IMG/VR virus record: IMGVR_UViG_3300042429_001107
Length of the DNA: 64,000 nucleotides
Reading direction: 5' to 3' (one strand)
From: a virus
A program made the translations under genes and the position numbers. Of the stretch, positions 9,401 to 17,142 are shown piece after piece. The notes beneath the pieces were generated by a model that had not been told where the DNA came from, made no database searches, and saw only the letters and a list, made by a program, of their open reading frames with translations. Within the stretch, counting starts at the first letter, position 1; each line of letters starts with the position of its first letter.

Positions 9401-11495
9401 ACCGCCTATACTTATTCCTTTGCCATTTAATTTAGGTATAATTGTTATATTCATTCCCCTAATAGGTGGATTTATGCCTACACCTCTAGTTTATATAAAG
9501 GAATTTATTTTTGGTAACTCTTTATTTCTTACCGGAATAAGAGGACCTAGATTTATACCAAGAAAATCTGATCCACAAATAAAAGATTCGTTAGAAAAAA
9601 TTAAACAAGCTCTTAGCTTTGGTATACCTGACAAGTTAATTCCTTTGCCTGGATTTGGATTAGATAATTTGGATTCAGCTACTAGGGTTTTAGGAGATAT
9701 ACAAGGAAATTTAACTAAGATTTTTGATAGTGTGCCTCCTCCCGGTAATATACAGGCTTTAAGAGATTTACAAGGAATGGAGAGGGGTTTAAAAGAAGCA
9801 ATTAGAGAAAAAAAGAGAGATTATGATAAAAAATATGCTCTTATAGATCTTCCTGCTCCTAATTTTGAAGAAGACAATGAAAAATTAAAAGGATTAATTA
9901 AGGAAAGAAAGAATGTACTTAAAAAAGTAATTAATGAATATATTGATAAAGGTATACCTAATCCTAAATCTATTTATTTTCCTAAGGACAAGGATAAATT
10001 AAAGATAGACATTCCAGGTATTATTAAGTCTTTAAGAATATTAAAAGAGATGCGAGCAAGTTTTATACCTACTCATTGCTCAGATTATATAAATTTTAAA
10101 GATGAAATGAGGGAGATCTTAAAGTTAATGAAGATAATTTGTCCCCCAAAATATTTCTTAGAAAATCAAGAAGTTTCCAATGTTAATAAGATATTTCTTA
10201 GAATAGAAAAAGACCCTAGATTAATGAACGAGGATGAGTTTTCTGAGCTAGTTAAAGAAATAAAAGGTGTCTCCTTAATTATTACTAATATAATATTAAG
10301 AGGTAATAAATTTTCAGTAATTAAAAAAATGAGAAAGGGTGCTTTCTCTATAATAGATGACTGTGGTTATCAGGGAAATTTTTTATTCCCTCCTATAAAA
10401 ATAACAAATTCTGCACCTAAGGCATTAAAGTTCATAAATGTAAAAAACCCAATAATAGAAGCTATTTACCTTAGACTAATGGAAGGAATGTCAAAGACTC
10501 AATATAAACCTGAGGACTTTGCAAAATATGTAAGGTACAATGGGGAAACTCCTTTATTAGTTATAAGGGTTAAGGATCTTAAAAAACTAGTAGCTAAAAA
10601 GCTAGGATTAAGTAAAAGAGGACCTTTTGATGTGGAAAGACCCTTAGATAAAGAAGAACCGCTAATTTCTAAATTCCCACACCCGGAAGGACCTTTATGT
10701 TGTTTGGAATCTTTAAATGGCGGATTTGGTAATGCTGTTGCTGCATTTGAACTTCCCACAGTATTCCCCCTTAAACAAGATCAGATTTCACAGACTCCTG
10801 GATTAGGGGGAATGATTCAGGTAACCATACCAGGTAAGGTGATTAAATCATTTATGAAAGAATCAATAATTAAATTAATGGATAATGGTCTATTGGAAAA
10901 AATGATACCCGAAATAAATGATCCTCTATCTCCTAAATTTATAAATATGGATCCTTCTGATATTCAGAAGATAACTAGGAATATGGTTAGAGATTTATTT
11001 AATCCAGATTCCCCTGATATACCTAAATTTTTAAATGTTATTAAAGCACCGCCATTTCCTTTGGCAAGACCTACTGACATGGTAGAACAAGCATTAATAG
11101 GTTTAGGTGCACCCCCTGCTGCTAGAATAGTTTTTAATAATTTTTGGAAGTATTATAAATCTTTACCTAAAACTCCTTTGGGTGATATAATAACGCTTCC
11201 TGCAATAGAGTTATCTGCTAGTATATTAAATAAAATTCCTTGGCCTTTAACAGTACTTATTGGAAGAAGTGTAGTGAATTTACTAAATCCAATAGTTATG
11301 TCTGACGATCATCCAGTATGGAGAAGAATGAGTCTTAAAAATGTTTATTATGTTATTTACTTGGATGAATTTTTAAGAAGCGCTGCTGATGTATCTGGGC
11401 TATTTAAGTTCTTTTTAGGATCAGCGGATCCAGTATACCCTATACCAGAATTTCCATCAGAGCTTAAAAAAGCATTAAACATAAAAAAATATTAA
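6414..11495 (+). CDS. Large hypothetical virion-associated protein (1693 aa) with Cys cluster and hydrophobic Pro-rich segment
   Basis: Starts 1 nt after the spike gene stop; long uninterrupted ORF; function not recognised. Confidence 0.5.
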   Translation: MASIEKRIDKLLSKDFTTVSSDEIINIITDGKVSNLPYDDLQSEEGFNKELEKNQKEVENILASLEPQKPPISMKMIEKLACNYEGDDLYSVILLESLKKEKPKLYKELISSAEFKNNSAITEKDLGVTVTNTKSFKYQYKIPSSGIIKFLEAKNPDFLEIANEKIFDNMDPLLLGKPSNSGARKKREMNVLGFKIPLEFIMSGKKVVHVKIGSEKQTKKEALDKINSVLDKQYKNSKPCDFEGLGENIRSERSERLDDYDSNFFPDGDDPILDDDCLPGVPEDPITGDPIVTVDTFNNLTEDFCDPPEYDFSDANGDELDPVGNQVDVDAIDACIDSALKKSKKIEDDSKLLARWNLIERSLEEIFYHYEIIYEYQKALSENWRNRIPVNSGGDPSNLDLAISILTYNDSIKEIDKEITDQKQKNDTDKKNFIQENEIFTEDIFLLSGLDTELNTIELTNLFNYQIEANKSPIRYDSTTQSWPVSEGVSDFQKNVESIRVILIEKGFISNLINDRDQKVSLRDADLATLKNRLGVNVTYNDLESGFTSGSSTTDDTAERVFKSALVNGISVNTYDSYGYEFLEKLKEFSVRFKKVEFNNSLGELQFELSFMTDYGRPLPYEIVEKPAPISFKNKVTKPMSKVSEPDIKKIKIGNEYAGNGGLLANTSPSYLKSYKFIKINNIKTVEPDIANFYDFIETIIKKDDSKSAIIKKIVDDRGILYGQLIEKSASPWLFFTAGERGDNDSRDPAKTRPSSFTKDGDPNKTFTDFWGKFKDKWDSKYKENKTRYIDPAMVELKNEARKAGEGLGKTLPTSDAIGVRIFENYFDVKQKYEQIQDIILYVAQKRAEIEGSLSPENLSKSFSDVKCSGGDGQGNGDDPENCPPKCCGPAGTDFNSENYLTSAGPSSDCPTMYQKCWWKQFCKDLTKVGLLPYPNGLPPIEDPKYFLAAGPSVRLGLKYWPVGYLPPAFIPIPFANPIDGLPYIRIPLPMIWTTIPPILIPLPFNLGIIVIFIPLIGGFMPTPLVYIKEFIFGNSLFLTGIRGPRFIPRKSDPQIKDSLEKIKQALSFGIPDKLIPLPGFGLDNLDSATRVLGDIQGNLTKIFDSVPPPGNIQALRDLQGMERGLKEAIREKKRDYDKKYALIDLPAPNFEEDNEKLKGLIKERKNVLKKVINEYIDKGIPNPKSIYFPKDKDKLKIDIPGIIKSLRILKEMRASFIPTHCSDYINFKDEMREILKLMKIICPPKYFLENQEVSNVNKIFLRIEKDPRLMNEDEFSELVKEIKGVSLIITNIILRGNKFSVIKKMRKGAFSIIDDCGYQGNFLFPPIKITNSAPKALKFINVKNPIIEAIYLRLMEGMSKTQYKPEDFAKYVRYNGETPLLVIRVKDLKKLVAKKLGLSKRGPFDVERPLDKEEPLISKFPHPEGPLCCLESLNGGFGNAVAAFELPTVFPLKQDQISQTPGLGGMIQVTIPGKVIKSFMKESIIKLMDNGLLEKMIPEINDPLSPKFINMDPSDIQKITRNMVRDLFNPDSPDIPKFLNVIKAPPFPLARPTDMVEQALIGLGAPPAARIVFNNFWKYYKSLPKTPLGDIITLPAIELSASILNKIPWPLTVLIGRSVVNLLNPIVMSDDHPVWRRMSLKNVYYVIYLDEFLRSAADVSGLFKFFLGSADPVYPIPEFPSELKKALNIKKY

Positions 11496-11502
11496 AAACT
11501 TG

Positions 11503-11531
11503 GAAATTTTATCTACTCTTAATACTAAAAT
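11503..11531 (+). promoter_or_regulatory. Putative early/middle promoter GAAAY-N18-TAnnAT (S1 gene)
   Basis: GAAAT-18nt-TAAAAT; same spacing recurs at 48066, 60822 and 63250. Confidence 0.55.
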
Positions 11532-11551
11532 AAATACAAACTCTAAATAAA

Positions 11552-12661
11552 ATGAAAAATAAAAATTTTAGCTGCTTTGAATATGAAGCAAATGAAAGAG
11601 AAAGATTGAAAAATCTTTATTCTGAAACTTTCCCTGAGACAGACACAAAGATGTCAGGTAAAGATTTACAAGAAAATACTTCTGAAAGAATTGTAGTTAC
11701 TGGATATGATAGCGAAAAAGGAGTAGCATTAGGCGAAACTGCATTCGGACAAACAATTATAATCGATACAAAGAAGGAAGAAAAGCATATGAGAAAGCTT
11801 GGGTATCCTGCTATAGAAATTATACCAGGACAGGTTCTTGATGTTGTTATTCACAAAGATGCCTCGGGATCATTCAACGGATCTGTTTCAGCAGGATATG
11901 AGAAAGCTTTAAAAATAGAATTGCATAGATCTATTAGAGAAGAAGACTGCGCATTTAAAGTGAAGGTTAAAAATGTTTGTAATGGAGGATTTATAGTTGA
12001 TCTTTCAGGTATTGAATGCTTCTTACCTGGTAGTTTAGCTGCTGCTAATAGAATCATGAACTTTGCTGATTATGTTGGAAAAGATCTCACTGTTATGATA
12101 GAGATATACGATCAAAAGAGAGATATTTTTGTTGTATCGTTTAAAAAATATCTTAAAAAGATTATTAATTCTGAAGTGAAAAATCTTTCATTCTCTAAAA
12201 AATATGAAGGTAAAGTTACAGGAGCTTCTGGAAATAATATTTTTGTTGAATGGGAAGAAATCTATACAGGTATTATTTCAATTGACGAAAACAACAGAAC
12301 AAAATTAGAAGCTTTACAAACAGGGGATTTAGTTGAATTTTATGTTGTAGATATTAAAAATCCCCAAAGAATAGGTCTTTCTATTTTAGAACCTAATGAT
12401 AAGTTAAAGAATATTCAAAATTTAAAAGATACCTCATCTCAAGTTTTAGGCGAAAATACTGAATTAAAAACTTACAAAGCAGAGATTACTAAATTAAAGA
12501 CATTTGGTGTGTTCGTTAAAATCGAGAATGGTCTATCCGGACTTATCGAAAAAGAAAAATTGGTAAAAGATATTAAAGACTACGAAGTTGGCCAATCTGT
12601 TAATTGTTCAATATCGAGTGTAGATACAGCTACTCTTAAAATACAATTGACCGAGGTTTAA
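11552..12661 (+). CDS. rpsA: Ribosomal protein S1-like protein (about four S1/OB domains)
   Basis: GGFIVDLSGIECFLPGS (bS1 domain-2 motif) and ITKLKTFGVFVKIENGLSGLI (canonical S1 motif). Confidence 0.8.
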   Translation: MKNKNFSCFEYEANERERLKNLYSETFPETDTKMSGKDLQENTSERIVVTGYDSEKGVALGETAFGQTIIIDTKKEEKHMRKLGYPAIEIIPGQVLDVVIHKDASGSFNGSVSAGYEKALKIELHRSIREEDCAFKVKVKNVCNGGFIVDLSGIECFLPGSLAAANRIMNFADYVGKDLTVMIEIYDQKRDIFVVSFKKYLKKIINSEVKNLSFSKKYEGKVTGASGNNIFVEWEEIYTGIISIDENNRTKLEALQTGDLVEFYVVDIKNPQRIGLSILEPNDKLKNIQNLKDTSSQVLGENTELKTYKAEITKLKTFGVFVKIENGLSGLIEKEKLVKDIKDYEVGQSVNCSISSVDTATLKIQLTEV

Positions 12662-12689
12662 TATTAATATTTAATAATATTTTTGAATT

Positions 12690-12722
12690 AGAGTTTTACT
12701 TATAAGTAAAACTCTTTTTTTT
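12690..12722 (+). terminator. Rho-independent terminator after the S1 gene
   Basis: Perfect palindrome agagttttact-tata-agtaaaactct followed by a T-run. Confidence 0.85.
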
Positions 12723-12818
12723 GTGATTATCTAGAGGTAATTTATTATCGTTTTTAATTGATAATACAAATAAGAAATAAAGATATAAAAAGCTAAAAGG
12801 GTTTATCTTTTCTTTTAC

Positions 12819-12827
12819 GAATATATA
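12819..12827 (+). promoter_or_regulatory. Putative late promoter (GAATATATA), 4 nt before ATG
   Basis: RATATATA motif recurs upstream of many gene starts. Confidence 0.55.
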
Positions 12828-12831
12828 GTAT

Positions 12832-14259
12832 ATGGATATTAGCACAAGAGATTTTTTATACTCTGCCCAATGTGGTTTTGAATTTGAGTTTTTTAGTAAC
12901 TTAAATAGAAACGAGATAGCAGATTCGCTAGGGAAAACTTTAGGTAAAAAAATTCTTCTATTTAGTAAGTATCATTCAGGTTTTAAACCCACTAAGGATA
13001 TTTTTAAATTAGAACCAGATTACTCAGGAGGATCTAAGATGACCGAATTAATAACTGGGCCTTTACCTTATTTTGAAGCGATAGTGATTCTTATAAAGAC
13101 TCTTAAGTGGATTGATATGTATGGATATACAGATAAGAAATGTGCATTCCAATTTGGAATAAGCATCGATACATCTATATTCCCTGAGGTTCCTCCGGTA
13201 TCTCAAATAAACCCTCTTAAATTTATTTTAGGATTCGATGAGAATATTATCTATAAAAGATTCCCAGAAAGAGCTGGATCTTTGTATGCTAAATCTATAA
13301 AAAGAATATTACCTGCTAATAAATTTGTAGATCCTTCAAATATTTCATTTATAGATAAGAATCTTTTCGAAATACCAGTAGAAAAAAATATGGGTATAAA
13401 TTTTACTAAATTATCGGATGGATATTTTGAAGTGAGATATTTAGGAGGTAAAGATTACCAGAGGAAGTACTCAAGTATAAAAGAAATATTAGATTATATA
13501 ATAACATATACTATACAGACTCTTAAGTTTAATAATAGCTTCACAGATAATGATTTAAAAGTTCTTAAAATGTTCTTAGCAGAGATCTATAAGAGTTCTT
13601 CGACATTTATAGATCCTGAATCTTTTCAAAAGAATTACCCACATTTAAATATAATGGTAGATCTTAGATCGGATCCACAAATAGTTAGAACATTTTTCCT
13701 GACTATTAGAGAAATTCTTTATGATATTATTGTAGATAATGGTATTAAAGAAGGTGTTATTAATTATGATAGTTCATTAGGTAAATTTCAATTGAAGGAC
13801 GTAAAAACTACAAGAGCTTATTTACTTAAAGATTATGATATTCTTAATAGTGAAATTTCAGGAAATATATTGAATTGTAGGTTGTTTTCGTGTGATCTTA
13901 ACGACTGTGCTGTTGAAGATTGTGATCTAGTTACTAATAATGAAGTTAAGCGATCTAAGATCATGTATTCGGATATTATGTTTAGTAATGTAGTACACGA
14001 AACTTATATTGATAACAAAGAGAAGGAAATAAACTGTGAAGTATTTGGTGGAATAATTAGATCCGGGTATATTGGAAAACTTGCTACAATTTCACCAGAG
14101 ACTGAAATAGTTAAAGATGCTGAAGACGATAAAAAAATGAAGGGAAGTTCTAAAAAGAAAGGATTTCCTGATAGAAATGACGGGGAAGCATTATCTAAAC
14201 CTGTTAGATTTAGTAACAATAATAGTAAGCCCTCAGGAATTCCTGGGACTAGCTTCTAA
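12832..14259 (+). CDS. Amidoligase-like (COOH-NH2 ligase fold) protein
   Basis: GFEFEF, LEPDYS, ELITGPL and YFEVRY motifs in family order; the usual CGxHxH reads CAFQFG. Confidence 0.55.
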   Translation: MDISTRDFLYSAQCGFEFEFFSNLNRNEIADSLGKTLGKKILLFSKYHSGFKPTKDIFKLEPDYSGGSKMTELITGPLPYFEAIVILIKTLKWIDMYGYTDKKCAFQFGISIDTSIFPEVPPVSQINPLKFILGFDENIIYKRFPERAGSLYAKSIKRILPANKFVDPSNISFIDKNLFEIPVEKNMGINFTKLSDGYFEVRYLGGKDYQRKYSSIKEILDYIITYTIQTLKFNNSFTDNDLKVLKMFLAEIYKSSSTFIDPESFQKNYPHLNIMVDLRSDPQIVRTFFLTIREILYDIIVDNGIKEGVINYDSSLGKFQLKDVKTTRAYLLKDYDILNSEISGNILNCRLFSCDLNDCAVEDCDLVTNNEVKRSKIMYSDIMFSNVVHETYIDNKEKEINCEVFGGIIRSGYIGKLATISPETEIVKDAEDDKKMKGSSKKKGFPDRNDGEALSKPVRFSNNNSKPSGIPGTSF

Positions 14260-14276
14260 TTAAATAACCAATTAAA

Positions 14277-15056
14277 ATGACTGAAGCAGACTTAATTCAG
14301 GAAATTAGAGATGATATATCTCATTCTTGTGCATTGCCCTATAACTTAAATGACCAAGAAATAAAAAGAATTATAAAAAGAGCTAGGGCTTATTTTTATG
14401 ATAATTACCAGTATGCAGTAGAAGATAGAATATTTGTACTAGGTAAAGATCTATTTTCTAATCCCTCTTTTAGAGCTACCAGACAAATACAATTGCCATC
14501 TTGTGTGGTATCTGTATATGATGTTAGAGAAGTTAATGGCTCGGGTCTTACCGGTACACCGGATAAAGATTTTGGAGATTCTAAATTATTAGGGTCTGAG
14601 CTTATGTTATCGCCATTTGCAGGAGATAACTTGGTTTATCGTACTGTTCTCTATTCATTCTTTGATTTAGCTAAAGCCTATTTACTAGAGAGTTATGCTT
14701 ATAATTACAATAAGAACACCAAGAAATTAACAATACTTGGTAGAGATCCTAATAGGACTAGTGTAACTGATTCTGGAAGTTCTTCCACATTATTTTCTGG
14801 TACTGATGTGGGTGTTAAAGCTTGTATAGCTATACCAGAAGAGAGTCTTTATGATGATGAATTATTCGTAAGATTCTGTCTTGCTGAAGCTAAAATTAAC
14901 ATTGGTAGGTTATTAGGTACATTCGAATATAACCTCCCAGGTGGTGTTAGAGTTAACTACAGTAATATTCAAACAGCAGGAACAACAGAAAAAGCTGAGA
15001 TTATTCAGATGATCAAAGACGAAAACACACCTAGTTATTTTTTGCAGTGGAATTGA
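14277..15056 (+). CDS. Neck/head-completion protein, T4 gp13-like
   Basis: C-terminal GRLLGTFEYNLPGGVRVN matches the gp13 LPGGVxxN motif. Confidence 0.7.
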   Translation: MTEADLIQEIRDDISHSCALPYNLNDQEIKRIIKRARAYFYDNYQYAVEDRIFVLGKDLFSNPSFRATRQIQLPSCVVSVYDVREVNGSGLTGTPDKDFGDSKLLGSELMLSPFAGDNLVYRTVLYSFFDLAKAYLLESYAYNYNKNTKKLTILGRDPNRTSVTDSGSSSTLFSGTDVGVKACIAIPEESLYDDELFVRFCLAEAKINIGRLLGTFEYNLPGGVRVNYSNIQTAGTTEKAEIIQMIKDENTPSYFLQWN

Positions 15057-15074
15057 AAAATATACATTATATTT

Positions 15075-15083
15075 GGATATATA
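15075..15083 (+). promoter_or_regulatory. Putative late promoter (GGATATATA)
   Basis: Motif copy 16 nt upstream of ATG 15100. Confidence 0.5.
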
Positions 15084-15099
15084 ATACTAAAAATATCCA

Positions 15100-16305
15100 A
15101 TGTGTATATTACAAAAAATTGAAGAGTGGAGATCTAAAAGCGGTAAGGCATTTGGAACTATAATGAGAGATATTCCAAAGAATCCCGATGATGTCGAACA
15201 ATTAAAATCACTAACTTCTTTTCTGAACCGAATTTATAATCCTGAAAAAATTTCTATTCAGCAGAGATTTTATCATGTGTGGTTTGGATTTTATGGAATA
15301 GAAGTTTGTCCTTGTTGTGAATCCCCTAAAATGTTTACAAAAAAACCCAAATTCTCTATAGATAGGTATGGTATAAAACCTACGAATTCAGTGAATTATT
15401 ATGGTACGTGTATGTCTGATTTCTGTAATAAAAAATACAATTTAGAAAAAACGCGTTCTAAAATGATGGAAAATCACGGAACTATAAATCCTATGGAGGT
15501 ACCAGGTGCTTTAAATAAGATTAAGAAAAATAACAGGGAAAAATACGGAGTGGATTTTTATACAGAAACTGAAGAGTTTAAAGAAAAAGTAAAAGCTACA
15601 TTTTTAAAAAAATATGGTGTTCACCCTACTAAATTAAAGGAAACACAAGATAAGAAGAGAAAAACAAATAGAGAAAAATATGGATTTGAGCACGCATTGG
15701 ATAATTCAGAAGTAAAGGAAAAATCTAGGATAACCAATAATTTAAAATACGGCGGAAATTCCAGTATGTGTTCAGATGATACCAGAAATAAATCTAAGGA
15801 GACTAATAGAAAAAATCATGGAGTAGATTGGTATGTCCAAAGTGGTGATTTTAAGCAGAAATTCAAACAAACTATGATTGCTAATTATGGTGTTGAACAA
15901 GTTATGCACTACACTCCGTCATTTGAAAAATCTTTAAACACCTCATATAAGAAAAAGATTTTTGTTTTTCCTTCAGGAAGAATCGAAAAAATACAGGGAT
16001 ATGAAGGTTTTGCTTTGAATGATTTATTAGATAATGATTACACTGAGGATGATATTATAGTTTCAAATAAGAAAATAGAGGAATATACTAGTAAAATATG
16101 GTATTTAGATTCTGAAAGGAAGAAAAGAAAATATTATCCAGATATTTATTTAATTACAGAGAACAAAATAATAGAGGTTAAGTCTGAATACACTTATAAA
16201 TCAGCATATTCGATAAATATTAGAAAAAAACAAGCATGTCTTGATCTTGGAATTTCTTTTGAGTTTTGGATATATGACAAGAATGGGAAAAGAACAATAA
16301 AATAG
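15100..16305 (+). CDS. Free-standing homing-endonuclease-like protein: Zn-binding Cys motifs, about 7 KxTNxxKYG repeats, C-terminal PD-(D/E)xK nuclease
   Basis: CPCC..CMSDFC; ~23-aa repeats ending KYG/NHG/NYG; QGYE..YYPDIY..IIEVKS catalytic motif. Confidence 0.7.
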   Translation: MCILQKIEEWRSKSGKAFGTIMRDIPKNPDDVEQLKSLTSFLNRIYNPEKISIQQRFYHVWFGFYGIEVCPCCESPKMFTKKPKFSIDRYGIKPTNSVNYYGTCMSDFCNKKYNLEKTRSKMMENHGTINPMEVPGALNKIKKNNREKYGVDFYTETEEFKEKVKATFLKKYGVHPTKLKETQDKKRKTNREKYGFEHALDNSEVKEKSRITNNLKYGGNSSMCSDDTRNKSKETNRKNHGVDWYVQSGDFKQKFKQTMIANYGVEQVMHYTPSFEKSLNTSYKKKIFVFPSGRIEKIQGYEGFALNDLLDNDYTEDDIIVSNKKIEEYTSKIWYLDSERKKRKYYPDIYLITENKIIEVKSEYTYKSAYSINIRKKQACLDLGISFEFWIYDKNGKRTIK

Positions 16306-16308
16306 TAT

Positions 16309-16662
16309 ATGAAAAATTTAATAGAATATAATAGCTTCTTATTAGAATCTAAATCGATTAATGATTCTAGATCCTTTGAGGATAGAGTTAAGTTTCTTAG
16401 GGGTGTATCTGACAATAATAAAAAAATTGCAATAGATTTACAAAAAGAATATTCCAGAGCAAATAAGGGTGTAATAACAGAATTAAATTTACATCCGGAT
16501 TTAATTAAGAAGATTAAGGAAAAAAAATACCCAGATGGATTCAGCATGGGTATTGATAAAAATGGATTCTTTGTACATACTCATAGGGCTAGATCTAAAT
16601 CACACGAAACTCCTTCTGGTATAACAGCAAAAGAAATGAAATTCATAGATTCTACTGGCTAA
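16309..16662 (+). CDS. Hypothetical protein with capsid-targeting-like N-terminus
   Basis: Starts MKNLIEYNSFLLES. Confidence 0.6.
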   Translation: MKNLIEYNSFLLESKSINDSRSFEDRVKFLRGVSDNNKKIAIDLQKEYSRANKGVITELNLHPDLIKKIKEKKYPDGFSMGIDKNGFFVHTHRARSKSHETPSGITAKEMKFIDSTG

Positions 16663-16752
16663 TTATTTAAAACTAATAGCGGATTTATTTTAATTTACCT
16701 ATCTATAATTATATAAGAAATTGTCATAAAAATATTGCAGATATATTTCTTT

Positions 16753-16761
16753 GAATATATA
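16753..16761 (+). promoter_or_regulatory. Putative late promoter (GAATATATA)
   Basis: Motif copy 8 nt upstream of the gp25-like ATG. Confidence 0.55.
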
Positions 16762-16769
16762 GAACTAAG

Positions 16770-17141
16770 ATGGCAAGATTCTCAGAAATTTATCCTAGAA
16801 CACCGGATGATCCTAGATACAAAGAAGGATTATTACATACTGACGATGAAGTAGAAATACTAATCGGTATGATTAAGCAGTGTATGTTAACTACACCAGG
16901 TGAAGTTCTTGGAGATCCTTATTTTGGTATAGATCTAGAAGGCTTATTATTCAATTTTAATGTGGATCAAGTCACTTTAGAAAGAGCAATAAGACTACAT
17001 TTAATAACATACGTTCCTTTAGCATCAAGTAAATTTAATGTGAATTTTACTGTGGGATTCTTTAAAGGAGAAACTAGAGATTCATGTGTTATTGATTTTG
17101 CTATAAAAGGTAACCCTATATTGGGAATTAAAATAATATAA
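16770..17141 (+). CDS. Baseplate wedge protein, gp25/GPW-like
   Basis: LTTPGEVLGDPYFGIDL..LF matches the gp25 TxxGExxxxPxFG motif; directly upstream of the gp6-like gene. Confidence 0.8.
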   Translation: MARFSEIYPRTPDDPRYKEGLLHTDDEVEILIGMIKQCMLTTPGEVLGDPYFGIDLEGLLFNFNVDQVTLERAIRLHLITYVPLASSKFNVNFTVGFFKGETRDSCVIDFAIKGNPILGIKII

Positions 17142-17142
17142 T

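Noticed and set aside
15100-16305. Group I intron or intein housing the endonuclease
   Set aside because: The flanking genes appear complete, the gaps are only 43 and 3 nt, and the ORF has its own promoter motif, so it is treated as free-standing.
12662-16769. tRNA or structured ncRNA in the intergenic gaps at 12662-12831 and 16663-16769
   Set aside because: Both gaps are very AT-rich with no cloverleaf or T-loop signature; only a terminator and promoter motifs are visible.
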